Positions 49,363 to 62,450 of a stretch of 64,000 nt of DNA are shown in pieces (the first letter of the stretch is position 1; every line of letters starts with the position of its first letter). Under the pieces are notes generated by a model, which was not told the origin of the DNA, made no database searches, and saw only the letters and a list, made by a program, of their open reading frames with translations. The translations under genes were made by a program, and so were the position numbers. This DNA comes from Selaginella moellendorffii (taxonomy: Eukaryota; Plantae; Lycopodiophyta), in NCBI RefSeq assembly GCF_000143415.4, contig NW_003314299.1, positions 792,229 to 856,228 of the forward strand, in the 5' to 3' direction.

Positions 49363-52260
49363 ATGCGGGCACTAGCGAGCGCCACATCGATTGGGCGCCC
49401 ATCCATCTCCGCGGAGGAGCCAGCCACCGCCGCTGGCTATGTCGCTCTCATCCGCCAGGGCTGCCGCTCCAAATCCCTGGCGGACGCGCGGGAGCTCCAC
49501 GCGCAGATCCTCCGCGCCGGCCATGGATCCGACTCCAATCTCCAGCGCCTCCTCATCAAGCTCTATGGCGATTGCCGCAGCCCTAGCGAGGCAATCGCGG
49601 TGTTCTTTGCCATGCCCGCCCGCGATCCATACGCGTGGAACATGGTTCTCACGGCAAATGCCCAGAACGGGCATTTGGTGGAATCTCTCGAGTTCTTTGA
49701 GAAGGTTCCGGAGAGAGGGATTGTTTGCTGGACGGCACTGCTCCAGGGATTCGCGAGAGCGAAAGATTTGCAGCAGAGCATCGCGATATTCACTGCAATG
49801 CCCGAGAGAAACGATGTGACTTGGAACAGTCTCATTGTGGCAAATACCCAAGCCGGGGATTTGCAGGGAGCAAGGGATACGTTCTCCAGGATGCCGTGCT
49901 GGGGGATCGTGACATGGAACTGTATGATCAGCGCGCTCTCGCAGTATGGCGAGGTGGATCTCGCGAAAGAGATCTTCGACGCCATGCCGGAGCAAAGCAT
50001 CGTCTCCTGGAACGCGATGATGAATGGGTTCGTCCAGAATGGATTCGTGGAGGAGGCGCGCGGGCTGTTTGGCCAGATCCCGGAGCGCGGGATCGTCTCG
50101 TGCACGAACGCGATCCAGGCGTTCGCCAGCTGCGCGGATTCCAGCGGCCGGATCTTCGCGACGATGCGGCAGCGCAACGAGATCTCGTGGAACGCGATGA
50201 TCCAGGCGTGTGGAACCGCGGGGCGAGTGGACGACGCCACCAGGGTCTTCGATCTGATGCCGGCGAGGGATGTGATCTCCTGGACGGCGCTCTCCACCGC
50301 GCTGGTCAACAGTGGCGATCTGGAGGGCGCGCGGTGCTGCTTCGATCGAATGCCCAGGAGGGACGTGGTCGCCTGGAACTCGCTCCTCACGGGATTCGCG
50401 AACAAGGCCATGGCTGGCGACGCCACGGATCTGTTCCAGAAGATGCCCTTCTGGGACTCCTTGTCATGGAACTCGATCGCGCAGGCTTTCGCCGAGACTG
50501 GCGATCTCGCCACTGCCAAGGAGATTTTTGCCTGGATGCCCTCCACGAACATCTTCTCGTGGACGATCCTCCTGGCGGCGTGTGCGCAGGCTGGGAGCTT
50601 CGAGGATTCGAGGGCGCTCTTCGATGACATGGAGCAGCGCAACGCTGTGGCCTGGAACGCGCTCATCACGTCCTATGCGCTGGGGCGGCAGTGCGAGCTC
50701 GCGGAGCAGTGCTTCACGAAGATCCCCTACTGGACGATCGTTTCCTGGAATGCGATTCTACAGGCTTACGGGGAAACAGGGCGCACGGCCTCCGCGAGAG
50801 ATCTCTTCGCAAAAATGCCCAAAAGAGATGTTATTTCGTGGAACATCCTCCTCACAGCAACTGCCCATGGCGGGGATTTGCTGTACGGTAGATCTGTTCT
50901 TGCGAGGATCCCGGAAGCAAGTGTCGTGTCGTACACTATTTTGATCACCGCATGCGCAGAGAAGGGTATGATTCTTCTAGCAGAAGATTTGTTCCTCCAT
51001 TCTCCTGAGAATGATGTGGCGTCTTGGAACGCTTTGATATCAGCAAATGCCCGGCATGGGCAAATGCGTAATGCCATCGATCTCTTTAAGCGCATGGATC
51101 TCGAGGGCACGAGGCCGGACGGGATCACATTCGTGGGGATCCTTAGCGCCTGCGCTGTCAGCGGCGATCTTGCTACTGGTAAGCTGATCCATCGCAGCGC
51201 TCTCGAGGGATCATCTCTAGACGATCCCGTGCTGGCCACCGCACTCCTCGACATGTACAGCAAGGCCGGCGATCTGGGCGCGGCGATGGCGATCTTCGCG
51301 GCGATGGCGCAGAGGGACGTGACGGCCTGGAACGCGATCGTGGCGGCGTGCGCGCGCAACGGGCGATTTGACCGCGCAGAGCGCTTCTTCTGGGTAATGG
51401 CGGCCAGGGACGTGATCTCGTGGACGTCGATGATCGCGGTGCTGGCGCAGAGCGGGCAGATCGATCGCGCACGCCTCGTCTTCGATGAGATGCCGGACAA
51501 GGATCTCGCGGCGTGGAACGCGATGATCTCGGCCCACGCCCAGCACGGCGATCCAAGGTCCGCCCTCAAGCTCTTCCGGCTCATGGACCTCGAGGGCGTC
51601 CACCCGGACGAGATCACATACGTTTGCGCGCTTGATTCGTGCTCCACCCTCGCGTCGCCCAGCACGGGAAAGATCATCCACGAGGATCTTTCCGCCGATG
51701 GGCTGGAATCCGCGAGCGTCGTCGTGACTACCGCGCTGCTCAGCATGTATGCCAAGTGCGGCCAGCTCCATCGCTCGCGATCTCTCTTCGATCGGATCGC
51801 CAATCCCAGTGGCGTCTCGTGGAACGCGATGATCGCAGCATATGCCCAGAATGGGCATCCAGTCGAGGCATTCGATCTGTTTGCTCTCATGATCCAAGAT
51901 GGCGCGCGCGTGGATCATATCACGTTCCAGTGCGTGCTGTTTGGATCCAGCCACGCTGGGTCGCTGGAGATGGCGATCAAATACCTCTCGTGGATGATGG
52001 GTGATTTTGATTGTGCTCCATTGCTGCCGCACTTCATCTGCGTGATTGATCTTCTCGGGCGATCTGGGCGGCTCCAGGATGCTGAGGAGCTGATCTATGC
52101 TATGCCCGTGGAGCCTGATGATGTGGCATGGATGACGCTGTTATCAGCGTGTAGCAGCCACAAGGATAGATCACGAGGAGGACGAGCTGGAACGTTGGTT
52201 CTCAAGCTAGATCCTTGTAACTCATCGCCATACGTTCTCCTCTCTAACAATTCAGTGTAG
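49363..52260 (+). CDS. PLS-class PPR protein with E domain, no DYW
   Basis: Intronless 965-aa ORF; array of 31-aa motifs followed by P-L-S triplets; HFICVIDLLGRSG...WMTLLSAC...SSPYVLLSN. Confidence 0.95.
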   Translation: MRALASATSIGRPSISAEEPATAAGYVALIRQGCRSKSLADARELHAQILRAGHGSDSNLQRLLIKLYGDCRSPSEAIAVFFAMPARDPYAWNMVLTANAQNGHLVESLEFFEKVPERGIVCWTALLQGFARAKDLQQSIAIFTAMPERNDVTWNSLIVANTQAGDLQGARDTFSRMPCWGIVTWNCMISALSQYGEVDLAKEIFDAMPEQSIVSWNAMMNGFVQNGFVEEARGLFGQIPERGIVSCTNAIQAFASCADSSGRIFATMRQRNEISWNAMIQACGTAGRVDDATRVFDLMPARDVISWTALSTALVNSGDLEGARCCFDRMPRRDVVAWNSLLTGFANKAMAGDATDLFQKMPFWDSLSWNSIAQAFAETGDLATAKEIFAWMPSTNIFSWTILLAACAQAGSFEDSRALFDDMEQRNAVAWNALITSYALGRQCELAEQCFTKIPYWTIVSWNAILQAYGETGRTASARDLFAKMPKRDVISWNILLTATAHGGDLLYGRSVLARIPEASVVSYTILITACAEKGMILLAEDLFLHSPENDVASWNALISANARHGQMRNAIDLFKRMDLEGTRPDGITFVGILSACAVSGDLATGKLIHRSALEGSSLDDPVLATALLDMYSKAGDLGAAMAIFAAMAQRDVTAWNAIVAACARNGRFDRAERFFWVMAARDVISWTSMIAVLAQSGQIDRARLVFDEMPDKDLAAWNAMISAHAQHGDPRSALKLFRLMDLEGVHPDEITYVCALDSCSTLASPSTGKIIHEDLSADGLESASVVVTTALLSMYAKCGQLHRSRSLFDRIANPSGVSWNAMIAAYAQNGHPVEAFDLFALMIQDGARVDHITFQCVLFGSSHAGSLEMAIKYLSWMMGDFDCAPLLPHFICVIDLLGRSGRLQDAEELIYAMPVEPDDVAWMTLLSACSSHKDRSRGGRAGTLVLKLDPCNSSPYVLLSNNSV

Positions 52261-52779
52261 AGTAAAGGAAATGCCAAGATAAATTCTGATCAAACACTCA
52301 TATGAAAGATCCTAAGGATGGAGGAAGAAGATGATATGTCTTCTTCTAGCTTTCTAAATAAAGATTAGTCCTTTCAACTTAAACTTTAAGTATTTTCAGA
52401 GATTGGAGAACGAGCTTTAGCAATGTGTGTTTTACTAGAGTTCCACTGGCTCAAATCATCATCTAATCAAGAGCAATTACCCATACTCTAGGATGAGAGC
52501 ACTTATGATGTGTTATATTGCACTAGATAAAAGACTAGAGGAAGCTCCATAAAGAAGGATTGATGGCATAACAATTTTGATGGTGATGTTTTAGTATATT
52601 GATTAAGTTCATATTGATTAGTTTTAAGATTATTATTGTGATTAAAATTATCACTTTAATTTAGCACTATCTAAATATTCTTTCTTGATTTTCTATGAAC
52701 AGATATTGGTATTCTCTTGACCATTTAAGAAAATTGAAAAAACAATTACTTTAGTTTTACCTTTTATAAGGTGTACAAT

Positions 52780-53640
52780 CTTAAAAAAAGAAGTCTTTGT
52801 GTTAGTGGTGGAAGGCTTTGCCAACCATTACTATGGCGTTGCTGTAGATCTTGTTGTTGGTGCTGATGGAGTTTGCTAGGCAAATGATATGATTCATAAC
52901 AAAATTCCAGATAAGAGTGGTACTAATGACAAAGTTGGGAGTGAAAGTTTTGAAGTTTCTCAATCACCATCAAGGTTATTGATAGTGTGATTTCATTTGG
53001 ATTTGATAGTGAACATCATGACAAATTTTGATGTGTGGCCCAAGCAGCTAGAGGTGAAAGGAAGAGTAAAGCTAGGAGCTCTTGCTCAGTTTCTTATAGA
53101 TTTGTGTAATATAAAATTTAGAGCAATCATAGTATGTTTGTGTTTGCTTTTACAAAAAGAGAAAGCTTTCTCATGTTTATTCTTGCAATTTGTTATGTAA
53201 GTGATGCCTTTTTACTCAAGTGACATGTCCATGTCTTTACTTTCACTTCTTAAAGAGGTAAAGAAATTCTCATCTCTTTTGTGGGTGTAAAGAACTTTAT
53301 TTGGAGTTCTTATTGTTAACAAGAATTCTTTTGAAGGCCAAAAGGTATGTGCTGTGGGTCTTGTTGGAGAATTGGAGCTGTGTGATTATTGAGTGTCAAA
53401 CTCGACTATCCAATAGAATTTCAGCTTTAAGAGCAGATGAATTGAAGGTATATTAGAGTTTTCTTTATCAAAGTTGCTGAATATTTTGTTAATTACAATG
53501 CTGAATAGAAGTGTTAAATTACAAAGGCTTTGAGCCTTTAACTCTCTGGATTTGCCAATGTTTTGAGTCAAGATTGTTATTGTCTCAGCTGAGCATGCTT
53601 ATCCTAAATAAAAGCCTCCTTCATTCTCTAGGTAACAAAT
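52780..53640 (+). pseudogene. Degraded SPOC-domain gene fragment
   Basis: WPKQLEVKGRVKLGALAQFLIDL...RAIIV resembles plant SPOC domains; stops and AT-shifted composition. Confidence 0.5.
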
Positions 53641-53679
53641 AGTGCATCTGTATATCATGCATTTAGCAAGTTTCCCATT

Positions 53680-54360
53680 TCATTTGATCTAATCTTTTCT
53701 TTGTTTGAATGTAAACCCTAAACCGTGAATAATGGGGCCAATAATATAAGACCGCCTGAAGGGTCTGAATCACCAATAGGAGAGAAGGTAAGAACCACAT
53801 TACCACCACCAGGAGCAAGAGGCAACAAGAGAATTTTGAGGAGTTAAGTGTGTCTACCCTTTGGAGTTCCACAAAAGTAGGAGTAGGAACTTCAATGCAA
53901 TCCTAGTACAACTACTCTTATCAAAGAGCACATCCCATCTTTCCAATAGAGTCTTACTCTTTAGAGAATAATCATATTCTTTCATACCTTCTAAATATCC
54001 CAAGAAAATTGAAGGTTTAACCTTTGAATTTATGACACTTCTTCTGGACATAAACTTTATGGATATAAGTACTCCACCATCTAGCATGGTATAAAGTTTG
54101 GTCTCAAACCCAAGTCAAACAAAGAACAAAGATAAACATGCCCAATTAGGAGGTAAAACATATCTCAAATTGGTTTCTCACTATGAAAAACTATCTAGGA
54201 AAATAAATAGCTTGTCCAAAATTAACAGGGAAGCAATCATCTTGTGGTGGAATTTCATTGAGAACTCCAAGTTTAACTTGCAATGCACAAATACCTGCAG
54301 GAATCAAGTTTTTTGCATCATCCAATAATAATGCAAGTTGTGTCTATTTCCCATTAGTGG
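53680..54360 (-). mobile_element. Copia integrase-region relic
   Basis: SKVKPSIFLGYLEGMKEY...DVLFD, matching the Copia post-integrase motif. Confidence 0.55.
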
Positions 54361-55056
54361 CTAATATATCAATCCAATTTTTACTAAAACCAAGTAATTG
54401 AGACAATCCTAGGCCTCAAAGCTCATAACCAGTAGAGGTTTACCTTAGTGTTTTACTAGAAATGATGTAGTATATACTGCCCAATTAGCAAAATTGTCAT
54501 ATTGAAAACTAAATTAGAATAGTATCAAAATAACAATTGTTGTATTCCATTTTAATATGATATAAAGAAAAATTGAGGAAGTAACTATAAACATGTATTT
54601 CTTTATAGGAAACTATCAAATCCTAGAAGCTAGAGTTTATACAGTTACAAAATCCAATTACAAACATATGAATAAAATATTATAAAACCAATTACTTCCT
54701 ACAATACTACAATACACTTGTCTAGTATATTCTATCTCTCTCTTTTTAAGCTAATTGAAAAATGGGCAATTGCTAAATAAGAGAGTCCTTAGTGGCTACT
54801 TTATCCCTATATATCCTTATTCAAATGTCCTTATCAACCATTAATTAACAACCTTTATTGAACCAAAGGGAACCACCTTTTAGAGATGTTAATGTTTTCA
54901 TTAATTATTAATTAATTGAAAACCCTTCAAAGATTATCGACAAACAGCCCTTACTTGCAAAAGGGAATTAACACCTTTATTTTTACATTAAATCTACCAA
55001 TTCTATAGTCCCACAATAGATACTTTCTTCCATAAATGCCCTATAAGACACTCATG

Positions 55057-55260
55057 GATGCCCAATATGTATAATTTTAATGTTTAGGGGTAAAAATATA
55101 TTTTACTCATTATATTTTAAGTAGACACTAATTAATAAAAATTGAACCCATTTCATTTACTCTTATACCACATATAGCATCTCTCAACTAAAAAAGATGC
55201 AATTGTTTGATAAAAAAGCTTTAGTAACTATTTTATCCCTATATATCCCTCAATATTCCA
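55057..55260 (+). repeat. AT-rich dispersed repeat, second copy ~58943-59170
   Basis: gatgcccaatatgtataattt...tttaggggtaaaaatata...ctaattaataa...taccacatatagca shared between copies. Confidence 0.7.
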
Positions 55261-55323
55261 AAAATCTATATGACAGTATTATAAGTTCTTGAATTTAAAC
55301 TTCATGAGAAGTCACATAATTTG

Positions 55324-55473
55324 GTATTATTCAAACCCAAGAATATTTAACCCCAAGTACCCCAAGACATTTAACTGATTGGAAAAGGGGATGCATTTTT
55401 GTTCATGGGCTATTTCTTTCTATATTTGAACACTCCTGGACTATTTTTCGGGTCATTTCTTTGATTATTTACA
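55324..55473 (+). repeat. Dispersed repeat, second copy ~57948-58100
   Basis: ttcaaacccaag...ttaactgattggaaaaggggatgca...ttgttcatgggc shared between copies. Confidence 0.7.
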
Positions 55474-56379
55474 AGTATATGTAAATTTCATCCCATGATC
55501 ACATGTACTATAACTTGGTTGAAAGTGTATATGAAACTCTTAGGCTAACACCATACACAACTTAGTATTCAATTTAAGTTTGCAAGCCTATTAGGGATAT
55601 CCAATCATTTATATCTTGTTTAGAGCTTAGGATTAATGTGTTAAAATATCTAGCCATTTCTTAAGAGTTTGAAGAAATAGAAACTTTTAAGCCTTAGAAT
55701 TTAGCTCAAGTGTGAACTTGAAGTATGATTTACAAATTCCATCAAGAGTCCATCACAAAAATGTTATGGATGCTATCACATTTCAATGACCTTGAATTAA
55801 TGAGCCACTCCTTATACCAACCTCAAGTTTGAAATAGTGAATTTTGTGGTGGCAGGATCTTATTACTTACAGTATTTGTAGTTCATTTTTACTACCAATT
55901 ACTATAAGCTAATATATTGTAGTACAAAACTGCTTTAGCTAATTTCACTACTTGAAACTAGTTTTTTGGAGTTAATGAGTTTGAGTATTGTGGGGAATTA
56001 GGAGATACCATTGACTTGATTAACTTGACATCACTAATTTTCCTGAGTATAGATATTAATGTACTCCTTCATCCATAATGCCATTGCACACCTATAAAGA
56101 ATGCTTTAAAATCCTATTTTGCCCAAGTAAGTGCAATTTGCTTTTAGAATAGAAATTAGCTAAGATGTGTTTAAAAAAATAACCCATTATGCCATAACAT
56201 CTTCTTATCTCACCCAAGCAATTAACAATATCCTTAAATAGTAAGACATGGTTAAAAAATAACCTTTTGATAGTTACCTCTATAAGACAAATGCTATTGA
56301 TTGGATTTGATGATTTAGAAAATTTTCCTCCTCCTTTGACTCCGGAGCAGTAGTTGTGCAATTGCTTGATGCTATGTGA

Positions 56380-58590
56380 TTGCAATTGAACAACCAAACT
56401 CAGTTGATGGTAGCATTCATAACATGTGGTACAGCTCCTTCTGCTCTTAGTGCCAATCCTTGCGTTCGGCTAAAATTCTTTCGTAAAAATCCTAGAGATG
56501 ATATGTACCATTGGTTTGATCACGTCGTGGTGATTGCCATATATCATTCTTGGGATAATGTTTGATGTTTGCATGAGTTTCCCATGTGTCTCCAAAGGAC
56601 GGCACTATAGTGGTACAATGGTTTGAGCACAACCACTTGTGGGGATTGGAGTGTTCTTTTAGACGTCTTCAAACACGCATTCGGATATGTTAATGATTGT
56701 GATGATGCCTTCCAACAATTGCATCATCTTCATCAAGAGTCATTTGAGTTAGTGATGCTGTTTGGTGTTTATTTCTAAAGCCTCTTGTTTCATGCAAAGC
56801 CAAATATATCGAAGTGGATCAAGTTAGGAATGTTGTGGCCAACCCTTCGTCAAGATCTTGTTGGATTTGTGCATGCATTTATTCTAGCCACTATTGACAA
56901 TGCTCTTCACTTGGCACAATATTATGAGATGTCGCCTCTTCCACTTTTCACTATATGTCCTTCAGCTCCACTTTTTGTAGGCAATGGTCATGTTCCAATG
57001 GAGGTTGATGTTGCTATTGCTCAAGTCCAAGGATAAGGGCGAGGACATAGACATGGTCATGGTCATGATATTCATTATTGTATATGTGATGAAGTTGGTC
57101 ATACTTATCGGTGTTGTCAGTGTTTTCCAAATTGGTGGCCTCCGTGGAGACCTTGGTGTCAATAACGTCTTGTTGGTGCTGCTATAGTGGAAGGTTTGGA
57201 CACCGAGATGTATTCGGGAAACAATGAATCATGCGAGTAACAAAGGGACTTTGTGCGAATAAGTTAGTGACATTTCCATTTTTCTTTCAAGAGTATTATC
57301 AAAGGGTTCACTTGACATTAGTTCATTTAGTGTTTACTTTTCAAGCTCATTTTTATAACAAGAGGTCTCCTGTTATTTTTTTCGTGCTGGTTAATATAGA
57401 TTTGAGTTTATTTTCTATTGCTCGACTTGTTGCCACATATTGCCGTCTACACTTGTGTTATGCAGTGGAGCCAGTTTTTATTCTTTATGGCAACGGCCAT
57501 ACACATACATGTGCATAAGATGAGGCAGACTTAGTTGTGCATGTGGGCGATCTCAAACTTATATTGCAGTCATTGTGAGTGGTGCTGAGTTAAACTTTTG
57601 ACCTCATCCTTGGTATGGATTAGTTGCAGTATAATCATGCCAAGTGTGACTTTAAGGTTTCTCTCCTTTGTCTCATACTTCTTTATGTTTCATCCATTCT
57701 TTTCACTTTTATACCTCTTTGTCCTTCTACTTCTACTTCTACTTTTATTACTTTTTTCTCCCCACTACTTCCTCCTATGTTTCTGTCTTGTTCCACTCTT
57801 CCCATTTTTAATTCCTCTGATAGTCTTTGTGTTGTAGTAGTTGACTGGCTTATGAAGGAGTATACCAATATCTTTGAATTTGACCTATCGTCTAAAGCCA
57901 AGATGTAAGCTCCTGAATTTGGACTTCCTAGGAGGTCACCCAACTCAGTACTATTCAAACCCAAGGACGCTTAACCCCAAATATCCCAAGACCCTTAACT
58001 GATTGGAAAAGGGGATGCACTCTTGTTCATGGGCCCTTTCCTTCTATATTTGAATCCCATGGATCGTCTCTCGAGTCGTTCTCTTTGGTTGTTTACACAA
58101 GATTGCCACACATCATCTAATTCCAACCGGGGATGCTCATCGAATTAAAGTTCCTATTCATCGTCAGTCACCTAAAAAGATCAAGATTTTATGTGTAAAT
58201 GTTAAAGAGATGTTGGAAAAGGGTGTTATTCGAAAGTTGTGGAGTCCTTGGGCATGTGAACCTCATCTTGTGATGAAGCCTGATAGGAGTATTTGTTTCT
58301 ACATTAACTATCATCCATTAAACAAAGTGATGGTCCCAGATATGTGCCCTCTTCCTCACATTGCTAATCTCTTGGATCATCTGGGGAGAAGTCATTACTT
58401 CACTAAGTTAAATCTTGCTTTTGGGTACTAAAAAGTACTAATGGCCAAAGAAGATATTCTTAAGACTGATTTTCATATACTATTTGGTTTGTATGAGTTC
58501 TTCGTGATGCCATTTGATTTGAACAATACTCCAGCAATTTTTCAACAAATGATGGACGAGGTTCTTTGAAATATGCCAAAGGTGACTGTG
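56380..58590 (+). mobile_element. Highly degenerate Ty3/Gypsy gag-pol
   Basis: Gag VPMEVD; RT MLEKGVIR..SPWA...INYHPLNK...FTKLNLAFGY, VMPFDLNNTP; many stops. Confidence 0.75.
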
Positions 58591-59189
58591 TAAACCACAA
58601 ATTTTTCCTTTCCAATTTGTTAGCTTACCACATTTATCAGAACAACACTACCTTGGCCTTAGTTAAGTTCCCTTGCCAAGGTTCCTACCTATTGTACTAA
58701 CTCCTACTTGGTCCTATTTAGTTTCAGCTACTCATTGCACGAGCAATTGAGCATTAGCCATTCATCCATGGATTCCCAAACTCCTTCAACAACACCTCCA
58801 TTTCCACACTAAATTTACCAATCCTTCTATTGTGTACATTAACTATTTCATGTGAGGCAACTAGTCATCCACCCATACTGCAGTCCCACAATGGATACCT
58901 TCGTCTGTGAATACTCTACACAAAAGGAAGGACATATGCATAGATGCCCAATATGTATAATTTCAAATTTAGGGGTAAAAATATACCTTGCTCAAGGGTA
59001 TATTAAATTTTTTAAGTAGCTACTAATTAATAAGAATCGAAACCGTGCCATTTGCTCCGATACCACATATAGCACACCTTATCTTTCTCCCCTTAAGCCA
59101 ACTGAAAAAGGGGTAATTGCTTGATGAGAGAACCCTTAATATCTATTGTATCCCCATTTATCCCTCAAGGTTCCAAGGATCCACAGTGA

Positions 59190-62100
59190 CAATATATCCA
59201 AATCTCATTCTATGATCATATGTGCTACACCGGCCAAGAGCACATGACAACAAAATATAGGTGTCCCTATACCCCTCCCCTCACCACACTCTAGTATGGG
59301 GTTGGGACTTGAACCTAACCTTGCTTTACTAGAGGGTTGGGATTCGAACCCAACCTCTATAGAACTATGTGGGGAATCGGGTGTAGTTCCCTACACCTGG
59401 TCAACCTAGCTAACCCATGCTAATTAGCTTACCTTTGGCATGCTTTCGGGTCCTAACATACGACATTGCTCAATTTCTCAAAATAGATTCTTTAATTGAA
59501 TTTTGCATAAGTATATAGATTTTTACCTTGCAAAACTTCCTCCACTAAATTCTATGCGTTCGCTAAGTTCTCCTTCGATTCTCATGTTGCTTCATAGTGT
59601 AAAAATCCTTTCTACTTCACATGGAACTCCCTCACCTCGCGCTCTTGTCGCTTGCTCTTGCATGCATTAAAAATGGCCTCGACTTTGTGTTCCTCTTCCC
59701 TTTGGATAACTGCAAGTAAAGGTTTTACTTGGTCTTTGCGAAGCAGATCCTCAAAGTATGGCTTGAATATGTTCACATGGAACACATGGTGCATCTTCCC
59801 CATCTCTTGAGGAAGTCGGAGGCAATAAACTACGTTACCAATTCGTGCCTCAATTTCGTAAGGCCTTGTGAATCTGCTGAAGGAACTCAAGATCAATTCA
59901 TTTCCAGGAATACATGCATTTTACCTTTGGGTTAGATTTCGGCTGATCCCATTTGGTAGCCTTAGGTTCTTGGTGTTCAGCCACACCTTCTCTCTAGGTT
60001 GAAATTTTACATCTCGGCGCTTTTGGTTCACATACTTGGTTTGCCTTTGTTGAGCCCGTTCCAAGGAATCCCTCACTAGATTCCAAATGTTAAATCTTTC
60101 CGCCGTGAATGTCTCCATTGCAAGTAACTCTCCATGATACTTGGCCATGCCGAGTTCCACAGGACCTTCAACAGCTCGCCCATTGATGACTTCCCATAGA
60201 CTCACCCCGATGCTCGAGTGTGGTGAGTTGTTATAACATATTTCCACAAGTCCCAAATGACTTACCTAATCAATTTAGTCTCTGGAGACATAGGATCACA
60301 AATAATCCTTTAGCTGCCTATTCACCCTTTTGTTTGTCCGTCTGTCAAGAAGTGTTAGTGCCATCAAACTTGACTTAATACCCAATACCTGTTTATAGGT
60401 GATAGGCTGTACTAAATTTTAACTTGGTGTAATACTGTTTTAGGAGAGTTTTCTAGAACCTACTAGTGAAGATTTTATCTTGATCTGAGATAATCTCTTT
60501 TGGCCTTCCTTACACTTGAACCACTTGTTTGAAGAACAACTTCGCCACATCTTCCGCATCCACTTTCGTTGTGGTGGGTATGAAATGTGCCATCTTCGAA
60601 AATCAGTCCACCACCATGAATATCACATCAAACCCTTCACTTGGGGGGAGTCCTATGATGAAGTCCATCGTAAGACATTTCCATGGACGATCTGAAATTA
60701 GAATGCTTTATAATAAGCCCCCACAAACTTTAGTCATGACTTTGACCTACTGACATGTTGGACATGTCTTTACATAGTCTTGGACGTTTTTAGCCATATC
60801 TGGCCAGTGATACTTCCTCTTGAGTAAGCACACAGTCTTGGGCACTCTATCGTGTCCCGCAAAAGGTCTATCATGACACTCTTCCAAAATTACCTTCCTT
60901 AGTTCCCTTTCTGGAACATATACCTTGTTTATTTATAATAGATGAGTCCAATGTGTTTCACATAACCTATTTTATCTTCCGTTGGTAGCTTACCTCTTTG
61001 TTGAGCTTCTTGCACCTCTTGGTTCCTTAGCAACACTTCTTGTGCTAAATCGTCATTCTCATATGATGTCCACACATCATCCCAAAAGGTTGATGTTGTG
61101 CTGGATATCACCAACTTCAAGCTCGTTTTTTGACTTAGAGCATCTGCCACGATGTTGCTCTTCCCAGGTTTATACAGAATTTCGCAATCAAACTCAGCCA
61201 AAGCATTAACCCACCGACTTTATTTCCCTCTCAAGTTGGGTTGTGACAAGAAGTGTTTCGTTGGCACATTATCTGTGTAAACTTTGAAGTGTCTCCCAAG
61301 GTAATGTCGCCACTCCTTAAGTGCCTTAACCACTGCAAACAATTCCTTCTCGTGGGTAGGCCACTTTCGCTAAGCTTTGTCCAACTTTTGTGAGAAGAAT
61401 GTTATTGGATGGTTGTCTTACTTTAACATTACGCCCAATGCAAAGTCTGAAGCATCTGTTTCTACTTCAAAGTCTTTACCAAAGTCTAGTAATGCCAATA
61501 CGGGAGCCTTCTTCAACTTCCTTTTGATGTGGACAAATGTTGTCTCGCATTCCGAGCTTTCTTGCAGTTTACGAAGCAATATATCTGCTTGTGTATGGTG
61601 AATAGCATGATTACCATCTTCCCTTTTCCCGTTTGGTTTGTTAAAGGTAGGGCCTCGAATAGTGTTTGATAAACTTTTGATAGTAGTTCCATAGCTCTAA
61701 AAATGCTCTTAACTCGTGTACATTTGATGGTTGTTCCCATTCATGAATGGCTTAAACCTTCTCAGGGTTCACCTTGAGCCCGTCCTTGCCCACCACATGC
61801 CTAAAAAACTTTACCTTTTATTAAGCAAAGTCATATTTGCTCTCTTTAGCATACAGTTGGTGTTCCCTTAGTTTCTCAAACACCTTTGTCAAGTGTTTGG
61901 CATGCTCCTCTAGCATCTTGCTATAAATCAAGATGTCATCAATATAGACGACCATGAAATGATTCAGATAGGGTACAAAAATGAGGTTCATTAGTGCCAA
62001 AAACATTGCTAATGCATTGCATAGCCCAAAGGGCATTACTAGAAACTCAAAGCTTCCATACCTTGTCCAATATATTGTCTCCTCGACATCTTCCTCTACT

Positions 62101-62290
62101 ACTTAATCTAGTAGTATCCTGACCTTATGTCGATCCTTAAGAAGTATTTCATCTTTCCCAACCTATCAAATATATCCTCAATCCTTGGTAAAGGGTATTT
62201 GTTTTTCTTTGTATACTTGTTGAGCAATCGGTAGTCTATACACATATGCATAGATCCATTTTTCTTTTTCACAAATAACACCGGTGTGCC
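59190..62290 (-). mobile_element. Degenerate chromovirus-type Gypsy pol
   Basis: [10 protein letters not shown]...VVYIDDILIYS, RNase H (WPTHEKE), ILYKPGKSNIVADALS, integrase, HVFHV and chromodomain start HKVEAIF. Confidence 0.85.
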
Positions 62291-62450
62291 CTCAAGTAGA
62301 AAACTTCATAGGATGGGGAAGTGGAGTTGCATAATATATGCAACGCAAGGTGTCGGAGATACTTAGGAAATTAAGGAACCAACTCGCCGAGGTGTCGTAG
62401 GCTAAAGGATCCCCGAAAGCATGACCAAAATGACAAAGAGTTCATCGGAT

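Noticed and set aside
49563-52032. Long antisense ORFs (368, 374, 271 aa) over the PPR gene; likewise 37452-38782 and 33464-34156
   Set aside because: Shadow ORFs caused by GC-rich codon usage of the real genes.
59331-59358. tRNA gene
   Set aside because: Only a T-arm-like hairpin; no D arm, anticodon arm or acceptor stem found.
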